Made by a program: the position numbers and the translations under genes. From Solirubrobacteraceae bacterium (GTDB lineage: Bacteria; Actinomycetota; Thermoleophilia; Solirubrobacterales; Solirubrobacteraceae), in the NCBI GenBank assembly GCA_033855845.1, contig JAWVFR010000078.1, positions 10,013 through 74,012 of the forward strand: a stretch of DNA of 64,000 nucleotides, given 5' to 3'. Below the pieces are notes generated by a model. That model was not told the DNA's origin, did no database searches, and saw nothing but the letters and a program-made list of their open reading frames with translations. This document shows, one piece after another, positions 45,996 through 55,669 of this stretch (its first letter is position 1; each line of letters starts with the position of its first letter).

Positions 45996-47662
45996 CCCCT
46001 GACAGTCGCCCGCAGACCCGTTTCATCTTCGTCACCGGCGGCGTCGTCTCCTCGCTTGGGAAGGGCATCGCGGCGTCGTCGATCGGCCGGCTGCTGGTGG
46101 CCCGGGGCCTGAACGTGCAGCTGCAGAAGTTCGATCCCTACATCAACGTGGACCCGGGGACGATGTCCCCGTACCAGCACGGCGAGGTCTTCGTGACCGA
46201 GGATGGCGCCGAGGCCGACCTCGACCTCGGGCACTACGAGCGCTTCACGGACGCCAACACGTCGCGCGCCTCCAACGTCACGGCCGGAGCCGTCTACAAC
46301 AGCGTGATCCGCCGCGAGCGGCGCGGCGACTACCTGGGCGGGACCGTCCAGGTCGTCCCGCACATCACGGACGAGATCAAGCAGCGCATCCGCGTCGTGG
46401 CCGAGTCCAGCGACGTCGACTTCGTGATCACCGAGATCGGCGGCACGGTGGGCGACATCGAGTCGCTGCCGTTCCTGGAGGCGATCCGCCAGTTCCCCGT
46501 CGACGTGGGCCGCAACCGCTGCATGTACATCCACCTGACGCTGGTGCCCTACATCGGCCACGCCGGCGAGCTGAAGACCAAGCCCACGCAGCACTCGGTC
46601 AACGAGCTGCGGCGCATCGGCATCGCGCCGGACATGCTGGTCTGCCGCTCGGAGGGCAGTCTCAACATGGAGATCCGGCGCAAGATCGGGCTCTTCGCCT
46701 CGCTGCCCGACGAGGCGATCGTCTCCGCGCGCGACGTGGACAACATCTACAAGGTGCCGCTCGTCTTCCGCGACGAGGGCGTCGACGACTTCGTGCTCCA
46801 GCACTTCAATGCGGAGGCCCCGGCGCCCGACCTGGGCTCCTGGGAGGAGCTCACGCGCCGCGCCGACGAGGCCGAGCAGCCCGTGCGCATCGCGCTGGTG
46901 GGCAAGTACGTCCAGCTCGAGGACGCCTACCTGTCGGTGGTGGAGGCCCTGCGCCACTCCGGGTTCCTGCACGGCGCCCGGGTGGAGATCGACTGGGTCG
47001 ACTCCGAGAAGCTGGACCCGGCCTCCGCGGGCGAGCGGCTCGCCGACGCGGACGGGATCCTGATTCCCGGCGGCTTCGGCGGCCGCGGGATCGAGGGGAA
47101 GATCGCCGCCGCGCGGGTGGCGCGCGAGAACGAGGTGCCCTACCTGGGCATCTGCCTGGGGATGCAGATCGCGGTCTGCGAGTTCGCGCGCCACGCGGCC
47201 GGGATGGAGGGCGCCAACTCCACCGAGTTCGACCCCGAGACGCCGTTCGCCGTGATCGACCTGCTGCCCGAGCAGAAGGAGGTCGCCGACATGGGCGGCA
47301 CCATGCGCCTGGGGGCCGACCCGATCAAGCTCCACGACGACACGCGGGTGCGCGAGATCTACGACGAGGCCGTGGTCTACGAGCGCCACCGCCACCGTTA
47401 CGAGGTCAACAACATGCTGCGCAAGCGCCTGGAGTCGGCGGGCATGCGCTTCTCGGGCACCTCGCCCGACGAGCGGCTGGTCGAGGTGGTCGAGCTGCCG
47501 CGCGAGGCCCATCCCTTCTTCGTGGCCTCCCAGTACCACCCGGAGTTCAAGTCGCGGCCCGACCGCCCGGCGCCGCTGTTCCGCGAGTTCGTGGCGGCCG
47601 CTTTCGAGCGTGCGCAGGGCCGGGCGCCCGAGGGCGAGCCCTCGGTCAGCCGCGCCGAGTGA
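45992..47662 (+). CDS. pyrG: CTP synthase
   Basis: [65 protein letters not shown]. Confidence 0.96.
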   Translation: MTPDSRPQTRFIFVTGGVVSSLGKGIAASSIGRLLVARGLNVQLQKFDPYINVDPGTMSPYQHGEVFVTEDGAEADLDLGHYERFTDANTSRASNVTAGAVYNSVIRRERRGDYLGGTVQVVPHITDEIKQRIRVVAESSDVDFVITEIGGTVGDIESLPFLEAIRQFPVDVGRNRCMYIHLTLVPYIGHAGELKTKPTQHSVNELRRIGIAPDMLVCRSEGSLNMEIRRKIGLFASLPDEAIVSARDVDNIYKVPLVFRDEGVDDFVLQHFNAEAPAPDLGSWEELTRRADEAEQPVRIALVGKYVQLEDAYLSVVEALRHSGFLHGARVEIDWVDSEKLDPASAGERLADADGILIPGGFGGRGIEGKIAAARVARENEVPYLGICLGMQIAVCEFARHAAGMEGANSTEFDPETPFAVIDLLPEQKEVADMGGTMRLGADPIKLHDDTRVREIYDEAVVYERHRHRYEVNNMLRKRLESAGMRFSGTSPDERLVEVVELPREAHPFFVASQYHPEFKSRPDRPAPLFREFVAAAFERAQGRAPEGEPSVSRAE

Positions 47663-48792
47663 GCGTCACCGGGGCGCAGCGGCGCCGCGTCAACGACCTG
47701 TTCGCGGAGCTGTGCCGGATCGAGTCGCCCTTCGGCCGCGAGCGCGCGTGCGGCGAGCGGGTGGCCGGCGAGCTGCGCGGGATGGGGCTGGACGTGCAGG
47801 AGGACGGCGCCGGCCCCGAGGCGGGGTCCGAATGCGGGAACCTGCTGGCCCGGGTCCCCGGCCCGGAGGGTGCGCCCACGGTGCTGCTGTGCGCCCACCT
47901 GGACACCGTCGTGCCCCAGGCGCCGATCGAGCCCGTCTTGGACGAGGGGGTGTGGCGCAACGCGAACGCCGGGATCCTGGGGGCCGACAACAAGGCCGCG
48001 GTGGCGGTCATGCTCGAGGTCGCGCGCGACGCGGTGGAGCGCGGCGCCCCCGCGGGCCTGGAGCTGCTGTTCACCGTCTGCGAGGAGAACGCGCTGCGCG
48101 GGGCCAAGGCCTTCGACCGCGCCCGCCTGCGCGCCGACTGCGGCTACGTGTTCGACCACGCGACTCCCATCGGCGAGGTGGTCATGGCCTCGCCCACGTA
48201 CTTCCGCCTGGACGCCGACTTCCACGGCGCCTCCGCCCACGCGGGGATCCGCCCGGAGGACGGGCGCAGCGCGATCGCCGCCGCGGCCGCCGCCGTCGCC
48301 GCCATGCGCCTGGGCCGCCTGGACCCGGAGACCACGGCCAACGTCGGGCGCATCGAGGGCGGCAGCGCCTCGCTGAACGTGGTCCCCGACCGCTGCCGGA
48401 TCGAGGCCGAGGCTCGCTCGCTGGACGACACGCGCGTGGAGACGGCGATGGCGGAGATGGTGGACCGCGTCCACGACGGCGCCAACGCGCACGAGTGCGA
48501 CGTGGACGTCTCCGTGGAGTGCCTGTTCCGCGGCTACCGTGAGAAGGGGTCCTCGCCCGCCGTGATCGCCGCCGAGGCCGCCCTGCGCGCCGCGGGCCAC
48601 GAGCCGCGGCGCATCGTCACCGGCGGCGGGTCGGACGCGAACGTCCTGCACCACGCCGGCCTGCCGTGCGTGAACCTGGCCAACGGGACGCTGGCCAACC
48701 ACCAGCCCGACGAGCGGGTGGCCGCCGTGGCGCTGGAGGAGATGCTGGACGTCGCGCTGCGCCTGCCCGCGGAGGTCGCGGCGGCGTGCTGA
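47659..48792 (+). CDS. M20-family metallopeptidase (peptidase T-like)
   Basis: GTGA overlap with pyr[33 protein letters not shown]. Confidence 0.85.
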   Translation: MSVTGAQRRRVNDLFAELCRIESPFGRERACGERVAGELRGMGLDVQEDGAGPEAGSECGNLLARVPGPEGAPTVLLCAHLDTVVPQAPIEPVLDEGVWRNANAGILGADNKAAVAVMLEVARDAVERGAPAGLELLFTVCEENALRGAKAFDRARLRADCGYVFDHATPIGEVVMASPTYFRLDADFHGASAHAGIRPEDGRSAIAAAAAAVAAMRLGRLDPETTANVGRIEGGSASLNVVPDRCRIEAEARSLDDTRVETAMAEMVDRVHDGANAHECDVDVSVECLFRGYREKGSSPAVIAAEAALRAAGHEPRRIVTGGGSDANVLHHAGLPCVNLANGTLANHQPDERVAAVALEEMLDVALRLPAEVAAAC

Positions 48793-49802
48793 CCCTGCGC
48801 CGCGGCACGGTCGTGTCTGCCGACCCGCCCGAGGGCGGCTGGCAGCGCATGCGGGTGGAGGTGGCGGGCGAGGAGCGCGCCGCCCACGCCGACGTCGGCC
48901 TGATCGGCGCGAGCGAGCCGGGCGACGACGTCGTGGTGAACACCGCCGCCATGGACCTCGGGCTGGGCTCCGGGGGGTTCGACCTCGTCCACGTGAATCT
49001 CTCGAGGGGCCTGGACGGCGCGGGCACGCCCGGCGCGCACGTGATGAAGCTCAACTACACGAGCCTCCAGCACGCCGTGCACCCCGTGGAGGGCCCGCAG
49101 CTGGCCGTGCCGCTGATGCGCCCGGCCGGGGTGTTCGGCCTGCACGGGCAGCTGGCGCCGCTGTGCTGGGCTCTGGCCAAGGGCCGCCCCGGCGTACGAG
49201 TGGGCTACGTGCAGACCGCCGGCGGCGCGCTGCCCGGCGCGATGTCGCGCGTGGTGAGCGAGTTGCGCGAGCGCGGACTGCTGGCGGCCCACGTCACCGC
49301 CGGGCCGGCCTACGGCGGCGAGGGCGAGGCGATCTCCACCGCCGGCGCGATCCACCACGGCGTGCGCGACGACGGCTGGGAGGCCGTGGTCTGCGGGCCC
49401 GGGCCGGGGATCCTGGGGTCGGCCTCCGCGCTGGGCCACGGGGGGATGGAGGCGCTGGACACCGCGCACGCCGCGCTGACCCTGGGCTGCCCGACCGTGC
49501 TGGTGGCGCGGATGTCCTCCGGCGACCCGCGCGAGCGCCATCGCGGCATCTCCCACCACACGCTGACCGTGCTGGACCTGCTGCTGGAGCCGGCCATCGT
49601 CGCCCTCCCGGCGGGAGCGGACCCCGAGCTCCCGGACGACTACCGCCACGACGTGCGCCGGGTGCCGGTGGACCTTCCCGGCTACGAGTCCAGCGGCCTG
49701 CCCGCCCGCACGATGGGCCGCGACCTGCGCGAGGACCCCGCGTTCTTCGCCGCCGCCCTGGCGGCCGGCACGGCGCTGGCGCAGCTGGCGGGGCCGGCGT
49801 GA
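48786..49802 (+). CDS. DUF3866-like protein, unknown function
   Basis: GTG 48786 overlaps the M20 stop by 7 nt. GGFDLVHVN, MKLNYTSLQ, VCGPGPGILGS..ALGHGG. Family assignment is from memory. Confidence 0.65.
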   Translation: MLTLRRGTVVSADPPEGGWQRMRVEVAGEERAAHADVGLIGASEPGDDVVVNTAAMDLGLGSGGFDLVHVNLSRGLDGAGTPGAHVMKLNYTSLQHAVHPVEGPQLAVPLMRPAGVFGLHGQLAPLCWALAKGRPGVRVGYVQTAGGALPGAMSRVVSELRERGLLAAHVTAGPAYGGEGEAISTAGAIHHGVRDDGWEAVVCGPGPGILGSASALGHGGMEALDTAHAALTLGCPTVLVARMSSGDPRERHRGISHHTLTVLDLLLEPAIVALPAGADPELPDDYRHDVRRVPVDLPGYESSGLPARTMGRDLREDPAFFAAALAAGTALAQLAGPA

Positions 49803-50299
49803 GGATCCGCCCGGCCCAGCGCGACGACGCGGCCGGGATCGCCGAGATCTACAACCAGGGCATCGAGGAGCGCGGCGCCACCTTCCGCACCGAGCCGCGG
49901 TCCCCGGAGCAGATCGTCGGCTGGCTGGCCCAGCGCGGGCCGCTGCTGGTGGCCGAGGAGGACGGGGCGCTCATCGGCTGGGCCAGCGTCAGCGAGTACG
50001 GCGACCGCGACATCTACGGCCCGGTGGGGGAGTTCGGCATCTACGTCGCCCGCGAGGCGCGCGGGCGCGGTGTGGGCCGCGCGCTGCTGGAGGCGCTGTG
50101 CGACGCCGCGGAGCGCGACGGGCGCTACAAGCTGGTGGGCAAGATCTTCCCTGAGAACCAGGGCAGCCTGGCGCTGTGCCGGGCCCTGGGGTTCCGCGAG
50201 GTGGGACTGCATCGGCGCCACGGCATGCTGGAGGGACGCTGGCGCGACGTCATGGTGGTCGAGCGCCTGCTCGGCCCGGCCCGGGAGGAGGGCGGCTAG
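49799..50299 (+). CDS. GNAT N-acetyltransferase, phosphinothricin-acetyltransferase-like
   Basis: GTGA overlap start. IRPAQ..DAAGIAEIYNQGIE...ATF, ARGRGVGRALLEAL. Confidence 0.85.
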   Translation: MRIRPAQRDDAAGIAEIYNQGIEERGATFRTEPRSPEQIVGWLAQRGPLLVAEEDGALIGWASVSEYGDRDIYGPVGEFGIYVAREARGRGVGRALLEALCDAAERDGRYKLVGKIFPENQGSLALCRALGFREVGLHRRHGMLEGRWRDVMVVERLLGPAREEGG

Positions 50300-50836
50300 A
50301 TGTTCGAGCGGCTGGAGTCCGAGACGGTCTGGGAGGGGCACATCGCACGCATCCGCCGCGAGCGCTGGCGCGAGGCCGACGGCGAGGTGGTGGAGCGCGA
50401 GGTGATCGCCCATCCCGGCGCCGTGGGCATCCTGGCCTGGGACGACGAGCGGGTGTGGCTGGTGCGCCAGCCGCGCGAGGCGGTGGGCGACCCGGCGCTG
50501 CTGGAGATCCCGGCGGGCAAGCTGGACGTGGAGGGCGAGCCGCCGGAGGAGACCGCCCGGCGCGAGCTGGCCGAGGAGATCGGCAAGCGGGCGGAGCGCT
50601 GGGTGCAGATCGCGCGCTTCTACACCAGCCCCGGATTCACCGACGAGGAGGTGACCCTGTACTGCGCGCGGGGCCTGACGGACGTCGAGGACTTCGAGCC
50701 CGATCCCTCCGAGCGGATCGAGATCGTCCCCTGGCCCCTGGAGCGCCTCCAGGACGCCATCGACGAGTGCCGCGACTCCAAGTCGCTGATCGCGCTGATG
50801 TGGCTACGCGACGAGCGCCGCCGGGCGGGCGCCTGA
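50300..50836 (+). CDS. NUDIX hydrolase, ADP-ribose pyrophosphatase-like
   Basis: Nudix box GKLDVEGEPPEETARRELAEEIG. Starts immediately after the GNAT stop. Confidence 0.88.
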   Translation: MFERLESETVWEGHIARIRRERWREADGEVVEREVIAHPGAVGILAWDDERVWLVRQPREAVGDPALLEIPAGKLDVEGEPPEETARRELAEEIGKRAERWVQIARFYTSPGFTDEEVTLYCARGLTDVEDFEPDPSERIEIVPWPLERLQDAIDECRDSKSLIALMWLRDERRRAGA

Positions 50837-50854
50837 GCGCCCGCCCGGCCCGCT

Positions 50855-52021
50855 TCAGACTCTGCCCGCGACCTGCCGCTGCTGGCGGGCCAGTGCGTCG
50901 ACGAGCACCGCGGCGAGGAGCACGCCGCCGGTGACCATGTACTTCACCGACGTCTCGAGCGCCAGCAGGTCCATCCCGTTGGAGATGGAGCCGATGACCA
51001 GCGCGCCGAGCAGCGCGCTCCACACGGTGCCGCGCCCGCCGAACAGGCTCGTGCCGGCGATGACCGGCCCCGCGATGGCCAGGAGCAGCAGGTCGCTGCC
51101 GCCGGAGGACTGGTTGACCGCGAGCAGGCGCGAGGCCTGCATGATCCCGCCGACCGCCGCCATGCTGCCGGCGATGACGAACACCGCGATCCGGATCCGG
51201 TTCACGTTGATCCCGGCTCGCCGCGCGGCCTCGGCGTTGCCACCGACCGCGTACATGTGGCGGCCGAACCGCGTCCGCGTGGCGATGTACTGGAACAGCA
51301 CCACGAACCCGAGGAGGATCAGCGCGGCCAGCGGCACGCCGCGGTCGGAGTTCAGGACCGCGACCGTGGCCACGATCGCCGCGGCCACCGCGCCGACCCG
51401 GAAGAGGAGCAGCCCGATTCCGGCCGCGGGCAGCCCCGCGCTCATGCGCCGCCGGCGCGCGTCCAGCGATACGAGCGCGTAGGCGACGATGCCGATCGCC
51501 GCCATGATCCAACCCACATTCGCGCTGTAGAACGTGCTGGTCAGCCCCGTGATCTTGGGGTCGGTGATGTTCACCGTGCCGGTGGCCCCGAGCACCTTGA
51601 GCAGCGCGCCCTGCCAGATCAGCAGGCCGGCCAGGGTGACCACGAACGACGGTATCCCGAACCGGGTGAACAGGAATCCCTGCGCCAGCCCGATCGTCGC
51701 GCCGGCCACGACGCCGGCGGCGATCGCGGCGTAGGGGCTCCAGCCGTTCTTGACGTTCAGGACGGCCACGACCCCGGCGCACAGCCCGCTCACGGCACCG
51801 ACCGACAGGTCGATCTCGCCCAGCAGCAGCACGTAGACGATGCCGATCGAGATCAGCCCGATCGCGGTGATCTGCAGGACCAGGTTGGTGAGGTTGACCG
51901 CGGTGAGGAACCGGCTCTCCTGGACCTGGAAGATGGCCCAGATGAGCGCGATGGCGAGGATGACGCGGATCTCCGCGAGGTCCCCGCGCACGAAGCGGCG
52001 GATGAAGTCGCGGGGGCTCAT
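50855..52021 (-). CDS. sugar ABC transporter permease (CUT2, XylH-like)
   Basis: MSPRDFIRR..., 10 or more TM segments, and a GNAEAARRAGINV motif. ATG 52021 overlaps the ATPase stop (ATGA). Confidence 0.88.
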   Translation of the reverse strand: MSPRDFIRRFVRGDLAEIRVILAIALIWAIFQVQESRFLTAVNLTNLVLQITAIGLISIGIVYVLLLGEIDLSVGAVSGLCAGVVAVLNVKNGWSPYAAIAAGVVAGATIGLAQGFLFTRFGIPSFVVTLAGLLIWQGALLKVLGATGTVNITDPKITGLTSTFYSANVGWIMAAIGIVAYALVSLDARRRRMSAGLPAAGIGLLLFRVGAVAAAIVATVAVLNSDRGVPLAALILLGFVVLFQYIATRTRFGRHMYAVGGNAEAARRAGINVNRIRIAVFVIAGSMAAVGGIMQASRLLAVNQSSGGSDLLLLAIAGPVIAGTSLFGGRGTVWSALLGALVIGSISNGMDLLALETSVKYMVTGGVLLAAVLVDALARQQRQVAGRV

Positions 52022-52815
52022 GCCTGGCCTCCCGTCGCCGGGGCGGCGTCGCCGCCGTTGGCGCCCGTCGCGCCGGTGATGGCGCCCACGACCTTGTCGT
52101 GGGACACGTCCGCGGCGTTGAAGTTCCCCGCCTCGCGCCCCAGGCGCAGGACGTAGATCCGGTCGGCCACCTCGAACACGTCGCCCAGGTTGTGGCTGAT
52201 CATCACGACCCCCAGCCCCCGCTCGCGCAGGCGCTTGACCAGGGCCAGCACCATCGCGGTCTGGCGGACGCCCAGCGCGGCCGTGGGCTCGTCGAGCATC
52301 ACGACCTTGGGCTCGCCCAGCAGCGAGCGGGCGATGGCGACCTGCTGGCGCTGGCCGCCGGACATGGTCCCGACCTCCGCCCGGACGTCGGTGATGGTCA
52401 CGGCCAGGTTCTCCAGCAGCTCGTGCGAGCGCTGCTCCATGTCGGTCTCGTCGAGCTGATGTGTGAGCGAGCCGACGCCGGACGCCAGCTCCTCGCGACC
52501 GAGGAAGAGGTTCTCCACCACGTCGAGGTTGTCGCAGAGCGCGAGGTCCTGGTAGACGGTCGCGATGCCGAGGTCGGTGGCGTCGGAGGGCGTGTGGATG
52601 CTCACCGGCCGCCCTTCGAACAGGACCTCGCCGCCGTCGACCGCGTGGATCCCGGCGATGGCCTTGACCAGCGTCGACTTGCCCGCTCCGTTGTCGCCCA
52701 CGAGCGCGACCACCTCGGCGGGGCGCACCTCGAAGTCGACGTCGCTGAGCGCCTCCACGGGCCCGAAGCTCTTGCTGACGCCTCGCAGGGCGAGCAGAGA
52801 TCCGTTCTGGTTCAT
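52018..52815 (-). CDS. sugar ABC transporter ATP-binding protein (single ABC domain)
   Basis: MNQNGSLLALRGVSKSFG, Walker A GDNGAGKST, signature MSGGQRQ, Walker B VVMLDEPTA. SD GGAGAGAGGA lies upstream. Confidence 0.9.
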   Translation of the reverse strand: MNQNGSLLALRGVSKSFGPVEALSDVDFEVRPAEVVALVGDNGAGKSTLVKAIAGIHAVDGGEVLFEGRPVSIHTPSDATDLGIATVYQDLALCDNLDVVENLFLGREELASGVGSLTHQLDETDMEQRSHELLENLAVTITDVRAEVGTMSGGQRQQVAIARSLLGEPKVVMLDEPTAALGVRQTAMVLALVKRLRERGLGVVMISHNLGDVFEVADRIYVLRLGREAGNFNAADVSHDKVVGAITGATGANGGDAAPATGGQA

Positions 52816-52882
52816 TGCAGACGTCCTCTCTCCGGCGCCGGGACCGGCGGCGCCCCACGCGCCGCCGGCCTCGACTGATGGC

Positions 52883-53983
52883 TTACTTGATGCCCGCCGC
52901 CGTGCAGGCGGAGGCGTACGCACCGGTGCACACCTGTGCAGCGGTCCAGTACCCGTCCTTGATGACCGTGTCCTTGATGTTGGCCTTGGTCACCGCGGTG
53001 ATCGGGTGGGTGGACGTCGGCACCTTCTTCTTGCCGTTGTCCTCCGTGGTCGGCGTCAGGTTCTGCGGCACCGACTTGCCCTGGGCCAGCAGGACCGCGA
53101 TCTCGGCGGCCCGGTCGGCGAGCGGCTTGACGGCCTTGTAGACCGTCATGTACTGCTCACCGGCGAGGATGCGCTGAATCGCGGCCAGCTCGGCGTCCTG
53201 GCCCGTCGTCGGCTTGGTGCTCGGCTTGATGCCGGCGCCCTTCATGGCCGCGATCGCGCCGCCCGCCACGCCGTCGTTGGCGCCGTAGACGCCCGCGAAA
53301 CCGTTCGCACCCACGGCCGTGATCGCCTGCTGCATCTCGGTCTGGGCCTTGTCCGGGCTCCAGTCCGGGGTGTCGTACTGCTTGGCGATCTTCACGCCGG
53401 CCGCGGTGAGCGCCGCCGTCGCCCCGCCCTTGAACAGCTTGGCGTTGTTGTCGGTCGGGGCCCCGTTGATCATCACGATGGGGCCGGTGGGCTTGCCGTC
53501 GGTCTTGAGCTTGTCCGCCAGGGCCTGGCCCTGGATGGTGCCGACCTTGCGGCTGTCGAACTGGACGTAGTACTGGATGTCCGCGCCGGTGATCAGGCGG
53601 TCATAGCTGATGACCGGGACCTTCTGCTGGTTGGCGCGAGCCACGATCGCGCCCGCCGAGGCGGCGTCGACCGGATCGAGGACGAGGACCTTGGCGCCCT
53701 TGGTGAGGGCTGCCTCCGCCTGCTGCTGCTGCTTGGCGGCGTCCTGGTCGGCGTTGCTGTAGATGATCTGGCAGCTGGAACACAGCGCCGTCACCTTCTT
53801 GGTGAAGAGCGGGCGATCCTGGGACTCGTAGCGCGCGGTCTTCGTCTCGGGCAGCAGCAGGGCGATCGTGCCGCCGCCGCCACCGCCGCTCTTGCTCTTG
53901 CTCCCGCACGCGGAGACGACGAGGGCGAGCGCGAGCATTGCGACCACGGCGAGACCTGCTCGCCGGCCGATGAGATGGGGCAT
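52883..53983 (-). CDS. sugar (xylose-type) ABC transporter substrate-binding lipoprotein
   Basis: Lipobox LVVSAC, then a periplasmic-binding-protein type I fold (VLVLDPVD, VISYDR, NGAPTDNNA). Strong SD AAGGAGGAAGAGGAGGAA. Confidence 0.88.
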   Translation of the reverse strand: MPHLIGRRAGLAVVAMLALALVVSACGSKSKSGGGGGGTIALLLPETKTARYESQDRPLFTKKVTALCSSCQIIYSNADQDAAKQQQQAEAALTKGAKVLVLDPVDAASAGAIVARANQQKVPVISYDRLITGADIQYYVQFDSRKVGTIQGQALADKLKTDGKPTGPIVMINGAPTDNNAKLFKGGATAALTAAGVKIAKQYDTPDWSPDKAQTEMQQAITAVGANGFAGVYGANDGVAGGAIAAMKGAGIKPSTKPTTGQDAELAAIQRILAGEQYMTVYKAVKPLADRAAEIAVLLAQGKSVPQNLTPTTEDNGKKKVPTSTHPITAVTKANIKDTVIKDGYWTAAQVCTGAYASACTAAGIK

Positions 53984-54114
53984 AGGTTCCTCCTCTTCCT
54001 CCTTCAGGAGCCCTGATCATCAACGATTCCGGCCTGCCTGTGGGGTTCTTTTCGACGGATGGCTGAACGCGGCCTTGCAGCGGCAAGGAGCCTCGGCGGC
54101 CGGGCCGAACCTCA

Positions 54115-55080
54115 ATGGGCATGGCGACCGCCCCGAGCCACCCGGCCACCCGGCCGTTCAGCGAGCTCATGCTCGACTTCCTGGCCTACCTGGAGCTGGA
54201 GCGCGGGCTGTCGCGCAACACGCTGGAGGCCTACCGCTCCGACCTCATGCAGTTCTCCGTCTTCCTGGAGCACGAGCGGACCGGCGCTCTGGACGTCCAG
54301 GCCCGCGACCTGCGCAAGTTCGTCACCGAGCTGGCCACCGGGGCCGAGGGCCGCCCGCCGGTGGCGCCGGCCACCGTGCAGCGCAAGGTGGCCTGCCTGC
54401 GCTCCTTCTACCGCCACCTGCGCCGCGAGGAGATCCTCGACCACGACCCGACGGCCGACCTGCGCGCGCCCAAGCGCTCGCAGCGCCTGCCTCACGTCCT
54501 CACGCGTGGAGAAGTTCAACAACTACTGGGAGCCCCGAGCGGCACCGAGCCCGCCGCCCTGCGCGACCGGGCGATGCTGGAGATCATGTACGCGTGCGGC
54601 CTGCGCGCGTCGGAGGCGGTGGGGCTGGACGTGGGGGACGTCGACCTGGAGGCCGGCATCCTGCGCGCGCGGGGGAAGGGCAACAAGGAGCGGCTGGTCC
54701 CGATCGGGCGCGAGGCGGTGGGCGCCCTGCGCGCCTACGTGTCGCGCGGACGGCCGCGCCTGGTGGGCGACCGCGACGAGAGCCGGCTGTTCGTCAACCA
54801 CCGCGGCGGCGGGCTCACCCGCCAGGGCCTCTACAAGATCGTCCAGCGCCACGCGCGGACCGCGGGCCTGGCCGACAAGATGAGCCCCCACACGCTGCGC
54901 CATACCTTCGCCACGCACCTGCTGGCCGGTGGCTGCGACCTGCGCTCGGTGCAGGAGATGCTGGGCCACGCGGACATCGCGACCACGCAGATCTACACCC
55001 ATCTGTCCGCCGAGCGCCTGCGCGACGTCTACTTCGAAGCCCACCCGCGCGCGTCGCGTTCGCCCTCCGGTCGCGCCTGA
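54115..55080 (+). CDS. xerD: tyrosine recombinase XerD (chromosome dimer resolution)
   Basis: LELERGLS.NTL.AY..DL; catalytic R...HTLRHTFATHLL..G.DLR.VQE.LGHADI.TTQIYTH. Position after pyrG/nudix matches actinobacterial xerD. Confidence 0.88.
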   Translation: MGMATAPSHPATRPFSELMLDFLAYLELERGLSRNTLEAYRSDLMQFSVFLEHERTGALDVQARDLRKFVTELATGAEGRPPVAPATVQRKVACLRSFYRHLRREEILDHDPTADLRAPKRSQRLPHVLTRGEVQQLLGAPSGTEPAALRDRAMLEIMYACGLRASEAVGLDVGDVDLEAGILRARGKGNKERLVPIGREAVGALRAYVSRGRPRLVGDRDESRLFVNHRGGGLTRQGLYKIVQRHARTAGLADKMSPHTLRHTFATHLLAGGCDLRSVQEMLGHADIATTQIYTHLSAERLRDVYFEAHPRASRSPSGRA

Positions 55081-55093
55081 CAGAATCGCGGCC

Positions 55094-55669
55094 GTGCGCC
55101 GCCTCACGCCGCTCCTCCTGGCCGCCCTGGCGGCCCTCGCCGCCGGCTGCGGGAACGAGCGCCAGCGGGCCCCGGACACGGCCGGCGCGGCCCCGCCCGC
55201 GGGGAAGCGCACGGTGGAGCTGCGCCGCTACGGCGTCACCTTCGTGCGCCCCGCGAACTGGGGCCTGGCCGATCCCAAGCCGCCGCAGATCGGCGCCCTG
55301 ACCTCGGGCCCGGTCGCGGTCATCCTGTGGCGCTACCCGCGCGAGGAGCGGCTGCCGGTCTCTTCGAGCGAGCTGGAGCGCGCGCGCAGCGCGCTGGTCG
55401 CCGCCGCCCGGGCGCGGGACGCCTCGCTGAAGGTCCTGCACACGCGCGTGGTGCGGGTGGACGGGGTTCCCGGAGTCGAGGTGGTCGCCACGGAGAAGAT
55501 CGGCATCGCCCGCCGCCAGGTGCGCTCCACGCATCTCTACGCGCACGGCGGCGAGCTGGTGGTCGACGCCTACGCGCCCCCGTCGGAGTTCCCGAAGGTG
55601 GACCGCGCCGTGTTCGGGCCGCTCCTGCGGTCGCTGCGCCTCAGCCGGCCGGCGCCGCGCGCCTCGTGA
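55094..55669 (+). CDS. lipoprotein, unknown function
   Basis: GTG 55094 is in frame with ORF 54929-55669. Lipobox LAALAAGC. 191 aa. Confidence 0.6.
   Translation: MRRLTPLLLAALAALAAGCGNERQRAPDTAGAAPPAGKRTVELRRYGVTFVRPANWGLADPKPPQIGALTSGPVAVILWRYPREERLPVSSSELERARSALVAAARARDASLKVLHTRVVRVDGVPGVEVVATEKIGIARRQVRSTHLYAHGGELVVDAYAPPSEFPKVDRAVFGPLLRSLRLSRPAPRAS

Noticed and set aside
54115-55080. Tyrosine recombinase as a marker of an integrated mobile element.
   Set aside because: It has a full XerD-type sequence in the conserved pyrG-nudix-xerD context. No att-like repeats, tRNA target or phage/plasmid genes lie nearby.
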